From contig OX337228.1 in the NCBI GenBank assembly GCA_946965045.2, positions 5,332,001 through 5,396,000 on the forward strand: a stretch of DNA of 64,000 bases, given 5' to 3'. The notes beneath the pieces were generated by a model, which was not told where the DNA came from, searched no databases, and was given only the letters and a program-made list of their open reading frames with translations. Of the stretch, positions 33,117-44,468 are shown in pieces; the first letter of the stretch is position 1; each line of letters opens with the position of its first letter. The DNA comes from Epithemia pelagica. Lineage: Eukaryota > Protista > Bacillariophyta. The position numbers and the translations under genes are program-made.

Positions 33117-34388
33117 ATGACGGGATCCTTCTGGCTTGGCAACCGAGTTCCGTTCATAAGACGGAAAGAGATCCATCGACTGTCCACAGCAAAAAGAACC
33201 AGACGACGTTTAGTGCTTTTCGGCGTGATCGGAAGCACATTCTATGCTATATTCTCCATCTTTCTAGCAAGCGCCACGAGATCCAAGAATCCAACAACCA
33301 TTTCCACCATTCCACACCCCTTTCTGCATGTATCAGATAGAACGAGTAAAGTGAAAGAAGTTGCTGGAGTACTTCCTGAAAGCACTGGTAGAACAAAGAA
33401 AGTGTTCGGAGATCATTCGCCTGCCGAAACCGTGGTCGAGCTATTGAATGAACCGCTTTCAAAGACCACCAAAGTTCATCGATTGGATGATCTCAGTGGC
33501 AACGACAACATTGCAAAAGACGGAGAATCGTCATCCTTGGAAACATGCCAACACACCATGGTTTCGGCGTACTTCTCTCTGCGATCCAAATATCCCGCCG
33601 AACAGTACTTGAAATGGATGGCTAATTTCTTGAGCCTTCAAGATTGTATGGTTATTTTCACATCGTCCGACATGATTGACCATATTCGTGAATTCCGAGC
33701 TCATTCACCAACCAGAACTGTCTTGGTTGAAATGTCGATCAATGATTTACCTATTTCAAAGCTTGGAGAAGAGTTTTGGCAACAAGAATTGGATAAAGAC
33801 CCAGAAAAGAAGAGACATCGTTCATATCAATTGTTCTGGATATGGCTGAGCAAGTCCTGGCTGGTGGTACAAGCGATTCAACACGACTTTTTTCAGTCGG
33901 AAAGGAAGCACAAGGGCTTGTTCATGTGGCAGGATATTGGATCCTACCGGAACGACAGATATAATGGGCAAAGGATCTTGGTCCACACAGAGATTGTCCC
34001 TCCAAAGACTATTTTGTGGCTGGCGCACCATCCTACCAACCCACCGAAAGATCCAATCTGGAATGCAAAGTTTAAGGAAAAGAAGCATTACTTCCATTCT
34101 GGCTCACAAGGTGTGGGAGCATCCGAGGCATGGTTGGCCTATCACGGCAGATTTGCCCAAACCGTGCGTCAGTTCTTGGAGCGAGACATGTTCATTGGTG
34201 AGGATCAATGTGTCCTGCAGTCGACCTGCCAACAGTTTCCCAAGTTGTGTGCATACATTCACGCATCTGAGGTGAAAGACAATTTCTATTTTGGACTACG
34301 CTATGTGCTGGTGACCGGAGGAACCTTTAGGCTCTGGAGAATGCCTGAATTGCCCACTCCATCAGCAACACGGAAGGAGGACAACTAG
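33117..34388 (+). CDS. Type II membrane protein, HtrL/YibB-like (putative glycosyltransferase-related)
   Basis: Single N-terminal TM and stem region, then TMVSAYF..YLKWMANFL..MVIFT, IWLSK..VVQAI, FMWQDIG, FIGEDQ, recalled as HtrL-family patterns. Confidence 0.6.
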   Translation: MTGSFWLGNRVPFIRRKEIHRLSTAKRTRRRLVLFGVIGSTFYAIFSIFLASATRSKNPTTISTIPHPFLHVSDRTSKVKEVAGVLPESTGRTKKVFGDHSPAETVVELLNEPLSKTTKVHRLDDLSGNDNIAKDGESSSLETCQHTMVSAYFSLRSKYPAEQYLKWMANFLSLQDCMVIFTSSDMIDHIREFRAHSPTRTVLVEMSINDLPISKLGEEFWQQELDKDPEKKRHRSYQLFWIWLSKSWLVVQAIQHDFFQSERKHKGLFMWQDIGSYRNDRYNGQRILVHTEIVPPKTILWLAHHPTNPPKDPIWNAKFKEKKHYFHSGSQGVGASEAWLAYHGRFAQTVRQFLERDMFIGEDQCVLQSTCQQFPKLCAYIHASEVKDNFYFGLRYVLVTGGTFRLWRMPELPTPSATRKEDN

Positions 34389-34834
34389 TCGCCATGCAAG
34401 AGATGGACGGTAAATCTTATCATGGTGACAACACTTGTCCCAGTCTACCTGTTCCATTTTCACTTTTCAATGTGGTGGATGCTTGACTGGAGCATAGATG
34501 GAGTTCAGTCCATAGCGAATACTCTCCACAAGACCAACTCCAGCTAGGGCTTTATTTTATCCGGGAGGGCTTGCTTCTTTGTCCAATTAAAGCGCAGAGC
34601 GCAGACCTGCTGTCTCGGACGAATCGCATGCTCATCCGTTTCCGAGCCCTGCGCGGAAGCGGCACATTGCTTTGGCGGACTTTGTCCGTTGTCCCTTCGC
34701 AATGACAGGCAGGATCGCGAGCATGCCAATTGATGAGTCCCGTTCATCGTTTGCCCCACAAAGATCAAGGCAATCAGTCATCCTACATGATAGCCAGACC
34801 ATAGAGGTGTGATTGACGATTTGGACTGGAGTGT

Positions 34835-36196
34835 TTGATTATTGTTCTGTTCCATCTATCACTGGAGAGGAGCTCCGAAGCCCTTTTGAAAGTCAGCTTT
34901 ATACCATTGGAACAAAAGCAACGCCAGGAAACCTTTTATATCTCGAACGACGCAACTTGTTTGGTAAAAACTTCATCTGAGTGGATTCCTTCAACCATGT
35001 CAAACTCCACGGACTCCCTTGAGACGGACGAAAACGACGCTGGTGATATCACCCGATACTACTGCGAAATGACAATGGCAAATAATCCGAATCTGATGAA
35101 GATTTACATCCCCTATGCGTACGAATTGCTGTACAATTGCTCATATGGATCAGGGCAGGGGATGGCTGCCATTGAGCTCTCCGTACTTTACAAGCTTCAT
35201 AAAAAGTGGTTGGAAACCGCTGATATGTGTACGAGTCCTCAAACAATTTGGCTCGCAGCTCTCAGTTCGTTCCCTGTGGATGATCGTGTCAACAGTGACT
35301 GTACTTCGTTCAATACCTCGAGTACACCAGAAATGTGTTGTGATGTGATTCAAGGTAACCTGACCTTGACAAACTTGAGTTCAGTGGATGAGGATATGAA
35401 TGATATACTGGAAGAAGTAAGCAAAGCGTTGATGAGCTCAAACAGTGGAGCTTATCAAGTCGACTACCTCGGAGCAGACTTGAGGGATTCGCCGTCGACA
35501 GGATCCGACAATATTGCAGCTTCCATAAATTCGGATACACCGGAGGTTCTGCCAGAAGATGGGGAAATGACATTATTGGGGATTTTTGTCATTCTCTTCT
35601 TGATCATCACGGCATGTTGTGTTTTTCTCTTGATTTGGCAGCGGCAACGTAGGGCCCGGGAACTTTTGTTTGCCTTCTCAAAGTCTGACGACGAAAGCGG
35701 ATTTGAAATGGATGAAGACGACTACGATGAGTATGAAGATGAGGAGGAGTGGATTGAACCCCGACGCGTTCCCAGAAGAGAACCGGTGGATCCCAAGGCT
35801 CTCAATGGTGGTGACGATTCACTTGACATTTACATCCGATCTATAGCCTCTCATTCTTTCGAAGACCCTGCAGAACAGTCGAATGAGAATGAAAGAACTC
35901 CAATGCCACCATCACGAAAGTCAAACAGTGGTGCGTATTGCTTTGATCCAGTCGAGACGCAAGAGGTCCAACATCGACAGCAACGAACGGCTCTTGTTCC
36001 TCCAACATCAGGTCGACAACCAGCTCGATATAGCCAAAATCCCTACGCATATTCAATTGGAGGAATTTCTGTTGTCCCAGCATACGCTCATGAAGTTGAG
36101 GCGTCCGATAACAGTGAAATTGATAGCTGGGCACAAACAGAAGGAACGATAGGAAGTCTGGAGGAAGAACGAGAGCTAAGAGATTCAGGGTACTGA
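34835..36196 (+). CDS. Single-pass membrane protein of unknown function; 5' end uncertain (first in-frame ATG 34997, possible upstream exon)
   Basis: Cys-containing N-terminal region, TM helix LLGIFVILFLIITACCVFLLIW followed by QRQRR, and an acidic low-complexity tail. Confidence 0.65.
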   Translation: MIIVLFHLSLERSSEALLKVSFIPLEQKQRQETFYISNDATCLVKTSSEWIPSTMSNSTDSLETDENDAGDITRYYCEMTMANNPNLMKIYIPYAYELLYNCSYGSGQGMAAIELSVLYKLHKKWLETADMCTSPQTIWLAALSSFPVDDRVNSDCTSFNTSSTPEMCCDVIQGNLTLTNLSSVDEDMNDILEEVSKALMSSNSGAYQVDYLGADLRDSPSTGSDNIAASINSDTPEVLPEDGEMTLLGIFVILFLIITACCVFLLIWQRQRRARELLFAFSKSDDESGFEMDEDDYDEYEDEEEWIEPRRVPRREPVDPKALNGGDDSLDIYIRSIASHSFEDPAEQSNENERTPMPPSRKSNSGAYCFDPVETQEVQHRQQRTALVPPTSGRQPARYSQNPYAYSIGGISVVPAYAHEVEASDNSEIDSWAQTEGTIGSLEEERELRDSGY

Positions 36197-36305
36197 TCCT
36201 CATCTATTAAAGTCACACAGGGTTACCAGCAACTGCCTCATTATCAAAATGAAAATTTTAGTTTCATGTTTGAAAGATTCTTCTGCAAGTACAACTATTG
36301 GTAGT

Positions 36306-38642
36306 TCATTCCGTGGTAGAACAGGTCTCAGTTTTGCTGTCTTCATGACCATCATCTTCGCTCGTCACGTCCAATTTCAGACCGCTCTGAAATTCAGATG
36401 AAGTCGGTCGTTTCAAAAGTTCACGAAGGCAAATAGTTGCATAGGAGGACGATGGAAGAGTGAATCCAATACGCAAACCAATCAAGCCACTACTTGAAGT
36501 ATCATGATCCTGACTGGAACACCGAAGTTGAATCTTTTCGTGTTTCATCAGATCAGTCTGAACAAGAGGTTCCAAAGGATCATGGTAGTAAAGCAACTCA
36601 TAGTCAACTTGAGATGGTCGACAAAGGACTTTTCGATAATCACCCGGACACGAAAAATCCTTGTCCGAAAATTCTTCTAGCGACTTGAACGTCAAACTAT
36701 GCTTTGACAACAATTCGTCCAGCATTTGTTGGCCGTAGGCAGGAACAACTGTATTCTTTCCGACCATAGGCAACACAACATCATCCAAGGAATATCTATC
36801 CTGATCATCTTCTTGAACAACATGTACCTCAGGAACAGATTGTTCCCATGATTTGTTGCTGGGTTCATTACCTTCCTGCTCGTTCAGCAAGACAAGATCT
36901 CCAACGAGGACTCGATGACGTTTTTCCTCCGACATGTTCTCGATCCTATAAGTAGCTAATTGGTTCCATAGTAGGCTTTGAAATGCGTGAATAAACATCA
37001 TTCGCATTGTTTTGCTCACACAAGAAAATGCCCGCTGATAATCTAGTGGATGGCTTGCCAGTGAATGACAAATAGCTCTCTCACTGTTGAGAAACTTTCC
37101 ACACTCACGAAGAAACTTCTCTGCCGCATCACGTTCCGCTTCTGACTTCTTGTCATCCCCTTCTACCCCATCGAACCGCTTTTCCCATGCTAACCTCACA
37201 CTTCGAACGTTCTCACGTTCGCCATTCTCTGGCTTTGGCCCCAGAATAATGTTTATGGCACGTTCAAAGTTTCCTTGAAGAACAGCGATTCCCACGAGAT
37301 GGGTGTCATGGTACTTTCCAAATCGTTGTGTTCCAAAATAGTTGACGAATCCATGCTCTTTCAAGTCCCGAGCTGATTGTTCTACAACGGAAGAAACCGT
37401 CTCATTATCAACAGGACCTTCTTCGCTCAAAGGGCGTTCCACCCGAATGTTTCTCAATATAACGTTGAAATGGTTTCCCTTCAATCGACCCAAGCGTAGT
37501 TCGTTTTTCGTATAGACGAAATTGCCAACCCGAAGAAGCGCAACTCCACTGGTTTGTGTGTGGCCACCGCCTTGTTGGCCTTCAGTGTACGCATTAGGTT
37601 TATTAAGATCGGTCAAGGCGGAGATCGAAGTCGATGATGGAACAGTAACAAACTGACAAGTAACGCCTCTCTTGTCCTTCATACCGGCGTAACCAATACG
37701 CAAACGATTGCTAGCATTGTGACGACCACGGCCACCGCGGCCACGGCCACCCCTACCACCCTTAAAGCTTCCGAATCGACGCTGCAACTGTTGCAAGGCA
37801 ACAGCCGTTTCCATGTTTTCTTTGTACAAAACAAACTGTAGGTAAGGCATGTCACGCGGAGCTCTATCGTGCTTTCTCCTTTTATTCGTTCGGTCATACT
37901 TTGAATAGTTGGGCATTTCCTTTTCAAAGTCTTTATGCCACAAGCGAATCACATATTGTTCATTACAAGAAGCGTCATCTCCTACTTCCTTGTCAACTGG
38001 TCTTTTGTGTGTATCGGTTAAAACATGTAATGACAATGGCTCCGAGCGAAATAATGTGTGCCATTGCTTGCGATCTTCCTTCGATGCTGAGGGCAACAAA
38101 GGGATCTCGAAAAACTTCATTTCTACGTTGGATTCTTCTGTAAGTGCAAATTGGAGCATTGGCTGTAGATGACCAGCGCCATTTGTGCAAGTGCGCTGAA
38201 GTAGATCGAGCATTTCACCGCGTAACTGATCTTGAACCGCCGTAGTCTCACTGTCGCAACTATGCGCGGATTGATTTGTGCTACCCTGGGGATCCTCCTC
38301 GTAATCTTCGCGTTTCCGTTTGACAGCTGTGTCTGAAGCTTTCCCTGAGTGAGAGTCAGAGGCAGTTTGTGGTGGCATAGAAGCGCTGATATTGTCGTCA
38401 TTCAATGCATGGCGAACTGCGCAATTGCCTGAAATCGTAACTTCGCCTGATAAGTCAGTCAAGCGAGCAACGTGACCTGATACATCTACTTCATGGACTA
38501 AAAAGTCTGAATATCTTGCTTTCGACACGGCTCCGAATCCAGATCCTGTCGACAAATAGTTCCGAATGCCAAGGGTGAGTTCGGTGGGGTCAAGCGCCAC
38601 ATTCGTCATCTCACTTGCGGAGGACGGAGTCTTCGGTCCCAT
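36306..38642 (-). CDS. PUS7: Pseudouridine synthase, TruD/PUS7 family
   Basis: KARYSDFLVHEV, FVLYKENMET, GYAGMKDKRGVTCQ (catalytic Asp), GNHFNVILR, FVNYFGTQRFG, FTLPSSSYAT. Confidence 0.95.
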   Translation of the reverse strand: MGPKTPSSASEMTNVALDPTELTLGIRNYLSTGSGFGAVSKARYSDFLVHEVDVSGHVARLTDLSGEVTISGNCAVRHALNDDNISASMPPQTASDSHSGKASDTAVKRKREDYEEDPQGSTNQSAHSCDSETTAVQDQLRGEMLDLLQRTCTNGAGHLQPMLQFALTEESNVEMKFFEIPLLPSASKEDRKQWHTLFRSEPLSLHVLTDTHKRPVDKEVGDDASCNEQYVIRLWHKDFEKEMPNYSKYDRTNKRRKHDRAPRDMPYLQFVLYKENMETAVALQQLQRRFGSFKGGRGGRGRGGRGRHNASNRLRIGYAGMKDKRGVTCQFVTVPSSTSISALTDLNKPNAYTEGQQGGGHTQTSGVALLRVGNFVYTKNELRLGRLKGNHFNVILRNIRVERPLSEEGPVDNETVSSVVEQSARDLKEHGFVNYFGTQRFGKYHDTHLVGIAVLQGNFERAINIILGPKPENGERENVRSVRLAWEKRFDGVEGDDKKSEAERDAAEKFLRECGKFLNSERAICHSLASHPLDYQRAFSCVSKTMRMMFIHAFQSLLWNQLATYRIENMSEEKRHRVLVGDLVLLNEQEGNEPSNKSWEQSVPEVHVVQEDDQDRYSLDDVVLPMVGKNTVVPAYGQQMLDELLSKHSLTFKSLEEFSDKDFSCPGDYRKVLCRPSQVDYELLYYHDPLEPLVQTDLMKHEKIQLRCSSQDHDTSSSGLIGLRIGFTLPSSSYATICLRELLKRPTSSEFQSGLKLDVTSEDDGHEDSKTETCSTTE

Positions 38643-39142
38643 GGTCACTCAATAAGATTCGGAAGATCGCTATGGTCCGTCAGCCGTTCGTCCCTTTTCA
38701 GTCAGGTTGACGGATGACGGACGGTCCGCGATCCTGACAGGTTCACGGCTCACACTCACACCACCGACCGTTCACCGTATGGTTACCGCATAATATCCTA
38801 TTGCATTGCAATTGTTGTCACGTGCCAGTCTCGCTGGGGTTCAACCATGTTCGACCGCTATTCTGTTAAACTCCCTCGCGCTATGACTCGAGTTTGTAGG
38901 TGAAGATCTTCATCCTTTGTCGCAAGACAACTTCCCAAAAAAATCGAACATATCCACTTCCCCGCGTTCCCATTGAGAAGATTGTGGCTGTGGCACTGCA
39001 ATCGGAAAGGGACGATAGACGAGCAAAGCGTTGCTTGTGGCGCGTTGCACGATTAGTTGGACCAACACCCAACAACACCTCTCCGGTGGATGTAATATTT
39101 CTTCCCAATAAAATCAGATATCAGTAAGACTTTAGTTTTGAA

Positions 39143-39979
39143 ATGGCCACCCTTGAAGTCGCTCAGACTCTCCTGGGTCTGAGCAGAGCTGCGGACTGCA
39201 AATGGGACTCCGACGACGATGATGACGAGCACGAGCCCGCTGAAGTTCCAAGCGAGCAGAGTGACCAAGCAGACTTTGTCCTTCCTTCACCACAACATGA
39301 TGATGACAGGATGGACAAGAATGTTTCGACCAAGAAAAGGCCCAGAAAGAATGAATCAAAGAGGAAGACGAAGCGAACATTGAATGCTGTCCGCAATTTC
39401 TACTTCAAAGCGGAGGAACTCAAAGTGTTCAAGCGCGAACACGGGCACTGCAATGTTCCGCAGACGTATCCTGAGAACCAGCCTCTGGCAAACTGGTGAG
39501 TGTCAATCCCACGTTTTAATCATTGCTCAGTTTTCTGGAAAATCCTCATGTGAAACCTCTGGATGATTCGCAGGGTTGCAAGGATGAGGAGAGAGAAGAA
39601 GAAGTTAGATGAAGAGAAGCAGAGTATTCTGGACGACCGGAAGGCAGCCTACCTTGAATGCTTTGGATTCGAATGGGGTCAGCGTAGAGGCGACGAATTG
39701 TGGAACAAGCGCTATGTGCAGCTAAAAGAGTTCTACGAAGAGAACAACCATACGCGAGTGCCCACCAAGTCCAAAGTTCTGGGTCGCTGGGTGAGCACTC
39801 AACGCGACGAGTACAGGAAAATGAAAATGGGAATGCCATCTGCCATGAATGACAAAAAGATTGGCATGCTCAGTGAACTCAACTTTTGTTGGGATTGCCA
39901 TATGCAACTCGATGAATCAGGAGAAAGCAAGGACAAACACTCATCGGGGAAAAGTACTAGAAGTAAACAACTTACTTAG
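39143..39979 (+). CDS. Helicase-associated (HA) repeat protein; exons 39143-39495, 39574-39979
   Basis: Two HA repeats: LKVFKREHGHCNVP..LANWV..MR and WNKRYVQLKEFYEENNHTRVP..LGRWVSTQR..LNFCW. The GTGAGT..CAG intron restores the W codon. Confidence 0.88.
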
Positions 39980-40078
39980 AGACGTTGCCGATTCACATGG
40001 ACTTTCCATCAGCTACCTTGTAATTTTTGCAGTAGAAAGTGCAGCTTAGGACAATTTCTAAACAAGTTATTTCTACTT

Positions 40079-42718
40079 CTAACGATCTTCGTTTACAACG
40101 GCGAGACGACTTACCCGCCGTTTCCGCCGGAATATGCGCCGGAGTTTACCTCTCTTCTTTGTCGATGCTCTAGACGCTCCCCCCTCTGAGGCTGTACTTC
40201 GCTCATCAGAGTGACTCGGCAAAAGGTCATGATTGGACTCACTTTCTTCGACAGACTCTTGATTTTGTTCAGAAGCCTCTTCTGTGGTAGGAGAACGATA
40301 AACAGTTTCTGCGTCGTTGTTCATGCCTCTCGGCTCACTCTCTCGCAATGCCAAGTGCGCGGTAAGGTTGAAGAGGACAAGGAACACCAGCAAAAAAACA
40401 GCTGAATAGGAATAGAAAATTCTTGCCGTTTCAAATGCGTCCCATCGCCATGAGGTAGCCTCGGCGTTTGGGTTCTTGACCCAAGAAGCCAGCAAGTGGA
40501 GTCCGTATGATTTCGAATCATGATTGCCAGTAGCGTTGACAGCCGTATCCGACGAGCACTCGGACCCAAACAGGTCATGTTCTTTGGGGTGTGAACAGGT
40601 GCTTTCTTGCGAATCAACAACGTCAGATCTCTTGTCGCTCGATGCTATCCATAGAGGCAAAGTTTCGTATATAAAACCAAGAAATACCTGAAAAGCAGCC
40701 TTCGTGAAACTCAAGACATACACTCCCCCCGAGACCAAGGCGACACACGCGCGAATGTTGTCGCTGTAATACTTCTTCATCTTGGCTCCAGTTTTTGCAC
40801 CAACATTCAAGGAAATGAACGCGTAGACCATAGAAATATCACAGACGAGAAAGTGAACAACACCGCATAACAGCGTGTATAAAACAACACACAGGGCCTG
40901 GAGAATCGCCATCCATTTCGGAGTGGACCGATGCTTGACACCGATTGAACTGAGAATTACCTCTGGGTTCAGAAGGAAAAAGAACAAAGAAATCAATCCT
41001 GACATGACAAAGAACCTCGTTTTCCGGTCATGAGAGTGTAAATAGTTGGTTGCCCGTCCAGACAGAGATACGTTTAGAGTGGTGCCTGTATCTGAACTGT
41101 CGTCCTTTTCGTTGCGATGGGTCTGAGCATCCCGCAACATATCGAGGCGTTCCTGCTTGGCGGCACTTCTCTCCTTTGGTTGAATTCGCCTCGCCGCCAT
41201 GTCTCGAATATCTTCGATATCTTTTTGCTTCCGCATTTCTTTCTTCTTCTGCTTTTCATGTATGAACGTACGCACGGGAGTGAAATGTTTCTTCGCAGAC
41301 GCAGAAGAACCTGAAATGAAGGTATGAGATTCCTCGTCAACGTTCGATTTTCCCGTTGAAACCAAAACCCCCGATGGAGAATTTGAGCACTCAGAATCTG
41401 ATGCAGTTTCCTTGCGGTTGTCGTAAATGTGATCCGAGGCGTCTGGCGGAGGAAGGGGACCACCCTTAAAATTCTGGTTCAAACCAGGAAGAGCACCACC
41501 TTCACCCATGGGTACAACCTCCTTTGGAAGAACCTTTAAATCAAGGTACTTTTCCAAAGTTTTTTCCGTGTTGTCTGGGCCTGCAAAAACCATTTTTGCC
41601 GCAACATTGTGATCAAAGAAATGTTTGACAATGGACCAAACCATACGAAAGATGAAGGGTGCGTTAATATTGATGATGGTTTTTGCAGCTTCTGGATAGT
41701 TATCTTGATCGAGTCTTGTTATGGCTTTGAAAACTGCGAGCAAATGCCGATCCAAATGAGCAGACGACAATCCCTTAAGATCTTCCACAACCAGAATCTG
41801 TCGGACTGGCCGACCATTCTTTCGTTCATAGTCTTTCAGCCATTCACCACGGCTTATTGTTTCACGAATCCAAATTGCATGCTTAATCATGTGTTCTGGG
41901 CCAAATCGGCGTACCATTTCCGGAGTGTCGGCCGAACCTATACGCTCCGTGTAGACGGGATCTCCATCTAAATCGTACCCTTTCAGAATGGCTCCAGGAA
42001 TATAATCTTTGATCAATCTCGGAGGCTCGTAGTCCTGTAAGATGGTATCCACGTTGTTTTCTAGACGCCACTGGATCATATTTCGAAACATCTTTTCGGC
42101 CGCGTGAACAGACCTTGACCGAGCTTCCATGAACCTGACAACATTATATGGTGCGTTCATATGGTGATCAATGTCAGTCAACCGTTCACCAAGCTCCACG
42201 AGATGTTCCTCCTCTTTTGCTGTCAGATTCCAGAGGTTGGATACCTTCTTCACTTCTTCTTTTGACCATGGATCAACAACTTTCGGTTTCACAGGAACAG
42301 AATTAGCCACGGAGGCAATCGTCGACACATCTTCGACCAAGTCACCCTTTTCCACTTCTACAGAATAGCTCTGCAATTCGCTTTTCCCCGACCTGGTAGA
42401 TACTGTAGAAGCCTCCGTAGCTTGTGTGGTTACCACTGAATTGCCCTGTGTCCGAGACGGTTGCTTTTCAGCGCTACTTTTCGATTCGGACTTCTTGGAT
42501 GATTCTCGCTTGGTGCGTCTGCTTGATTGTTTCGCCGAGAGTCGTCGCACGGAAAGAAACGATCTGCGAGAAGTTACACTGACGGCGTCTGATACTGATT
42601 CTTGTCCTTCGTCAGTTGAACAAGAAGCTGGGGTCTTCACGACGGAAGAAGCGTCATTTGCTTTTGTATTCACGCTGACATTCATCTTCGTCCTTGTCGA
42701 AGATGTCGCCCTCACCAT
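40079..42718 (-). CDS. SEC14/CRAL-TRIO lipid-binding protein with C-terminal transmembrane helices
   Basis: VVRFMEAR..AEKMFRNMIQWR, GYDLDGDPVY, QDNYPEAAKTIININAPFIFRMVWSIVKHFFD and several hydrophobic helices in the last 300 aa. The first in-frame ATG is 42718. Confidence 0.9.
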   Translation of the reverse strand: MVRATSSTRTKMNVSVNTKANDASSVVKTPASCSTDEGQESVSDAVSVTSRRSFLSVRRLSAKQSSRRTKRESSKKSESKSSAEKQPSRTQGNSVVTTQATEASTVSTRSGKSELQSYSVEVEKGDLVEDVSTIASVANSVPVKPKVVDPWSKEEVKKVSNLWNLTAKEEEHLVELGERLTDIDHHMNAPYNVVRFMEARSRSVHAAEKMFRNMIQWRLENNVDTILQDYEPPRLIKDYIPGAILKGYDLDGDPVYTERIGSADTPEMVRRFGPEHMIKHAIWIRETISRGEWLKDYERKNGRPVRQILVVEDLKGLSSAHLDRHLLAVFKAITRLDQDNYPEAAKTIININAPFIFRMVWSIVKHFFDHNVAAKMVFAGPDNTEKTLEKYLDLKVLPKEVVPMGEGGALPGLNQNFKGGPLPPPDASDHIYDNRKETASDSECSNSPSGVLVSTGKSNVDEESHTFISGSSASAKKHFTPVRTFIHEKQKKKEMRKQKDIEDIRDMAARRIQPKERSAAKQERLDMLRDAQTHRNEKDDSSDTGTTLNVSLSGRATNYLHSHDRKTRFFVMSGLISLFFFLLNPEVILSSIGVKHRSTPKWMAILQALCVVLYTLLCGVVHFLVCDISMVYAFISLNVGAKTGAKMKKYYSDNIRACVALVSGGVYVLSFTKAAFQVFLGFIYETLPLWIASSDKRSDVVDSQESTCSHPKEHDLFGSECSSDTAVNATGNHDSKSYGLHLLASWVKNPNAEATSWRWDAFETARIFYSYSAVFLLVFLVLFNLTAHLALRESEPRGMNNDAETVYRSPTTEEASEQNQESVEESESNHDLLPSHSDERSTASEGGASRASTKKRGKLRRIFRRKRRVSRLAVVNEDR

Positions 42719-43091
42719 GCTTTTGCGCTTTTGTCTCGACGTGGTTCTTGTTTTCAACAACTGCTGGATTTGTCGTCTTATTATTGGCAATGGGAACACA
42801 AAAGAAGAGGATAAGACTACCTGGTAATACGCATTAGAGTCTTGTTGGCGTCACAAACCACTGGGCGTACACGAGTCGCTTGTATTTGGAGTTACTTCCA
42901 AGCGAGAACATACTTTTCTTGTAGCGATTGTGAAAATTACATAATCTCATCAGAATAATTCGCCACTAAAAAGCGACTACAACGTGCTTGGGAGTAGTAT
43001 GTCCTGTTGAAGTGGGATTTTCTCCACGCCCATTTGCACAAAGTTGGAGAGACTTGCCGACGAGGAACGTCCTCTAAAAAGAAGAATCACC

Positions 43092-44150
43092 ATGTCTATA
43101 ATCCGAAGAAAGGTGGTAAGGGTGGCTATTTTTTTGGCCTCCTCTGTAATGTTGGTCTCCCGCCCGGCCACTGCCTTTCCTACAGCCAAAACAACGATAA
43201 CAACAACGACGACAATAGTGCTTCCAGGGAACGACTTCAGATGGTACTTGCTGGCCTTATCTTCACCACAAGAACGGTCAGAACCAAACGATGATTCAGG
43301 CGTAGATCCAAGCCGAAGTCAAACGTCAGCCACCCCAATGTCATCGTCACCAGAATCCAAGCGTGGCTATCGATTTGGAGATCTAACGCGATCCTTTGTG
43401 GGTGGTCGTGTGGCAGCACTTACTGGTAAAGACAATTACGAATTCGGTGACGTATCACGCAAATTCAGCGGTATTGTCTCGAACTGGACTTCTTCCAATC
43501 TACAACAAGACCAAGACAATGTAGACGAAAATTCAACCTATACGTATCGCGTGGGAGATGTGACAAAATGGCTGCTTCGTGAAATTCGCAATACTCCCTC
43601 ATCAGCATCTTCGTATCAGTTTGGAGACCTGACTAAGTCCTGGGTATCGAACTATACGGGCGAAGAAGAGTATAGAGTGGGTGATTTGAGTCGAGCCGTA
43701 CTGAGACGCGTCGAATCCGGGGAATATTCTGTGGGTGATGTCTTTCTTGCCATGCGTGTCTTGTTATGGGCTGGTTTCACCACTTTTGCACCTGTGGTAG
43801 GGAACTTACCCTTGACACTTGTCGTCAATTTGATCAATTTCGGTTTGGCACAAGAAGTTTCGGGTCGATTGACGACGGCCTTGGCCGAATGGCTCGATCA
43901 ACAACTGAAGAAAGCCTTAACTGGCAATGCGAAGTACGTGGTGGGAGATTTTACCAGGGAACGACTGGAACAAGGATTGGCCAAGTTCACTGGGAAAGAG
44001 CAGTATGAAATCGGAGACATCACACGAACCATTCAACGAATACAGAGCAACAGTGTCAACAAGAACAGCACTCCTCAAACACTATCTTTGTCGACAGAGG
44101 TCTTGTCTGCCTTAGACCAAGTCAGGCAAAAGAGCAAAATGCCAAAGTGA
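43092..44150 (+). CDS. Plastid-targeted protein with eight Y-x-[FVI]-G-D repeats, unknown function
   Basis: Signal peptide ending ATA-FPT. Repeats: YRFGDLTR, YEFGDVSR, YRVGDVTK, YQFGDLTK, YRVGDLSR, YSVGDVFL, YVVGDFTR, YEIGDITR. Confidence 0.8.
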   Translation: MSIIRRKVVRVAIFLASSVMLVSRPATAFPTAKTTITTTTTIVLPGNDFRWYLLALSSPQERSEPNDDSGVDPSRSQTSATPMSSSPESKRGYRFGDLTRSFVGGRVAALTGKDNYEFGDVSRKFSGIVSNWTSSNLQQDQDNVDENSTYTYRVGDVTKWLLREIRNTPSSASSYQFGDLTKSWVSNYTGEEEYRVGDLSRAVLRRVESGEYSVGDVFLAMRVLLWAGFTTFAPVVGNLPLTLVVNLINFGLAQEVSGRLTTALAEWLDQQLKKALTGNAKYVVGDFTRERLEQGLAKFTGKEQYEIGDITRTIQRIQSNSVNKNSTPQTLSLSTEVLSALDQVRQKSKMPK

Positions 44151-44468
44151 GAACGAATGACGGGTTTGGTAGATTTTCATTTGACCAGATCCTACTCCTA
44201 GAGGAGTACTATGATTAGACATACTCGTACTCCTCTAGCAAGACCCTCTTCTCGACGTGTAGAAGGGGTAGACCATATTGATGACGAACAGACGCTGGAG
44301 CTGCAGCTGGAGCAACCCTCGGGTGGCATCTCCAGCTGCCGAAGAATCTTTCGCACGTCATCTTTTGGTGTGGCGAACATGTACCCCCGATGCCAATAAG
44401 ACATCACGATCGCAGATAGGTTATGATGGATGATAGGCCAGAGAGCTGAATCAACCTGACAAAACGAA

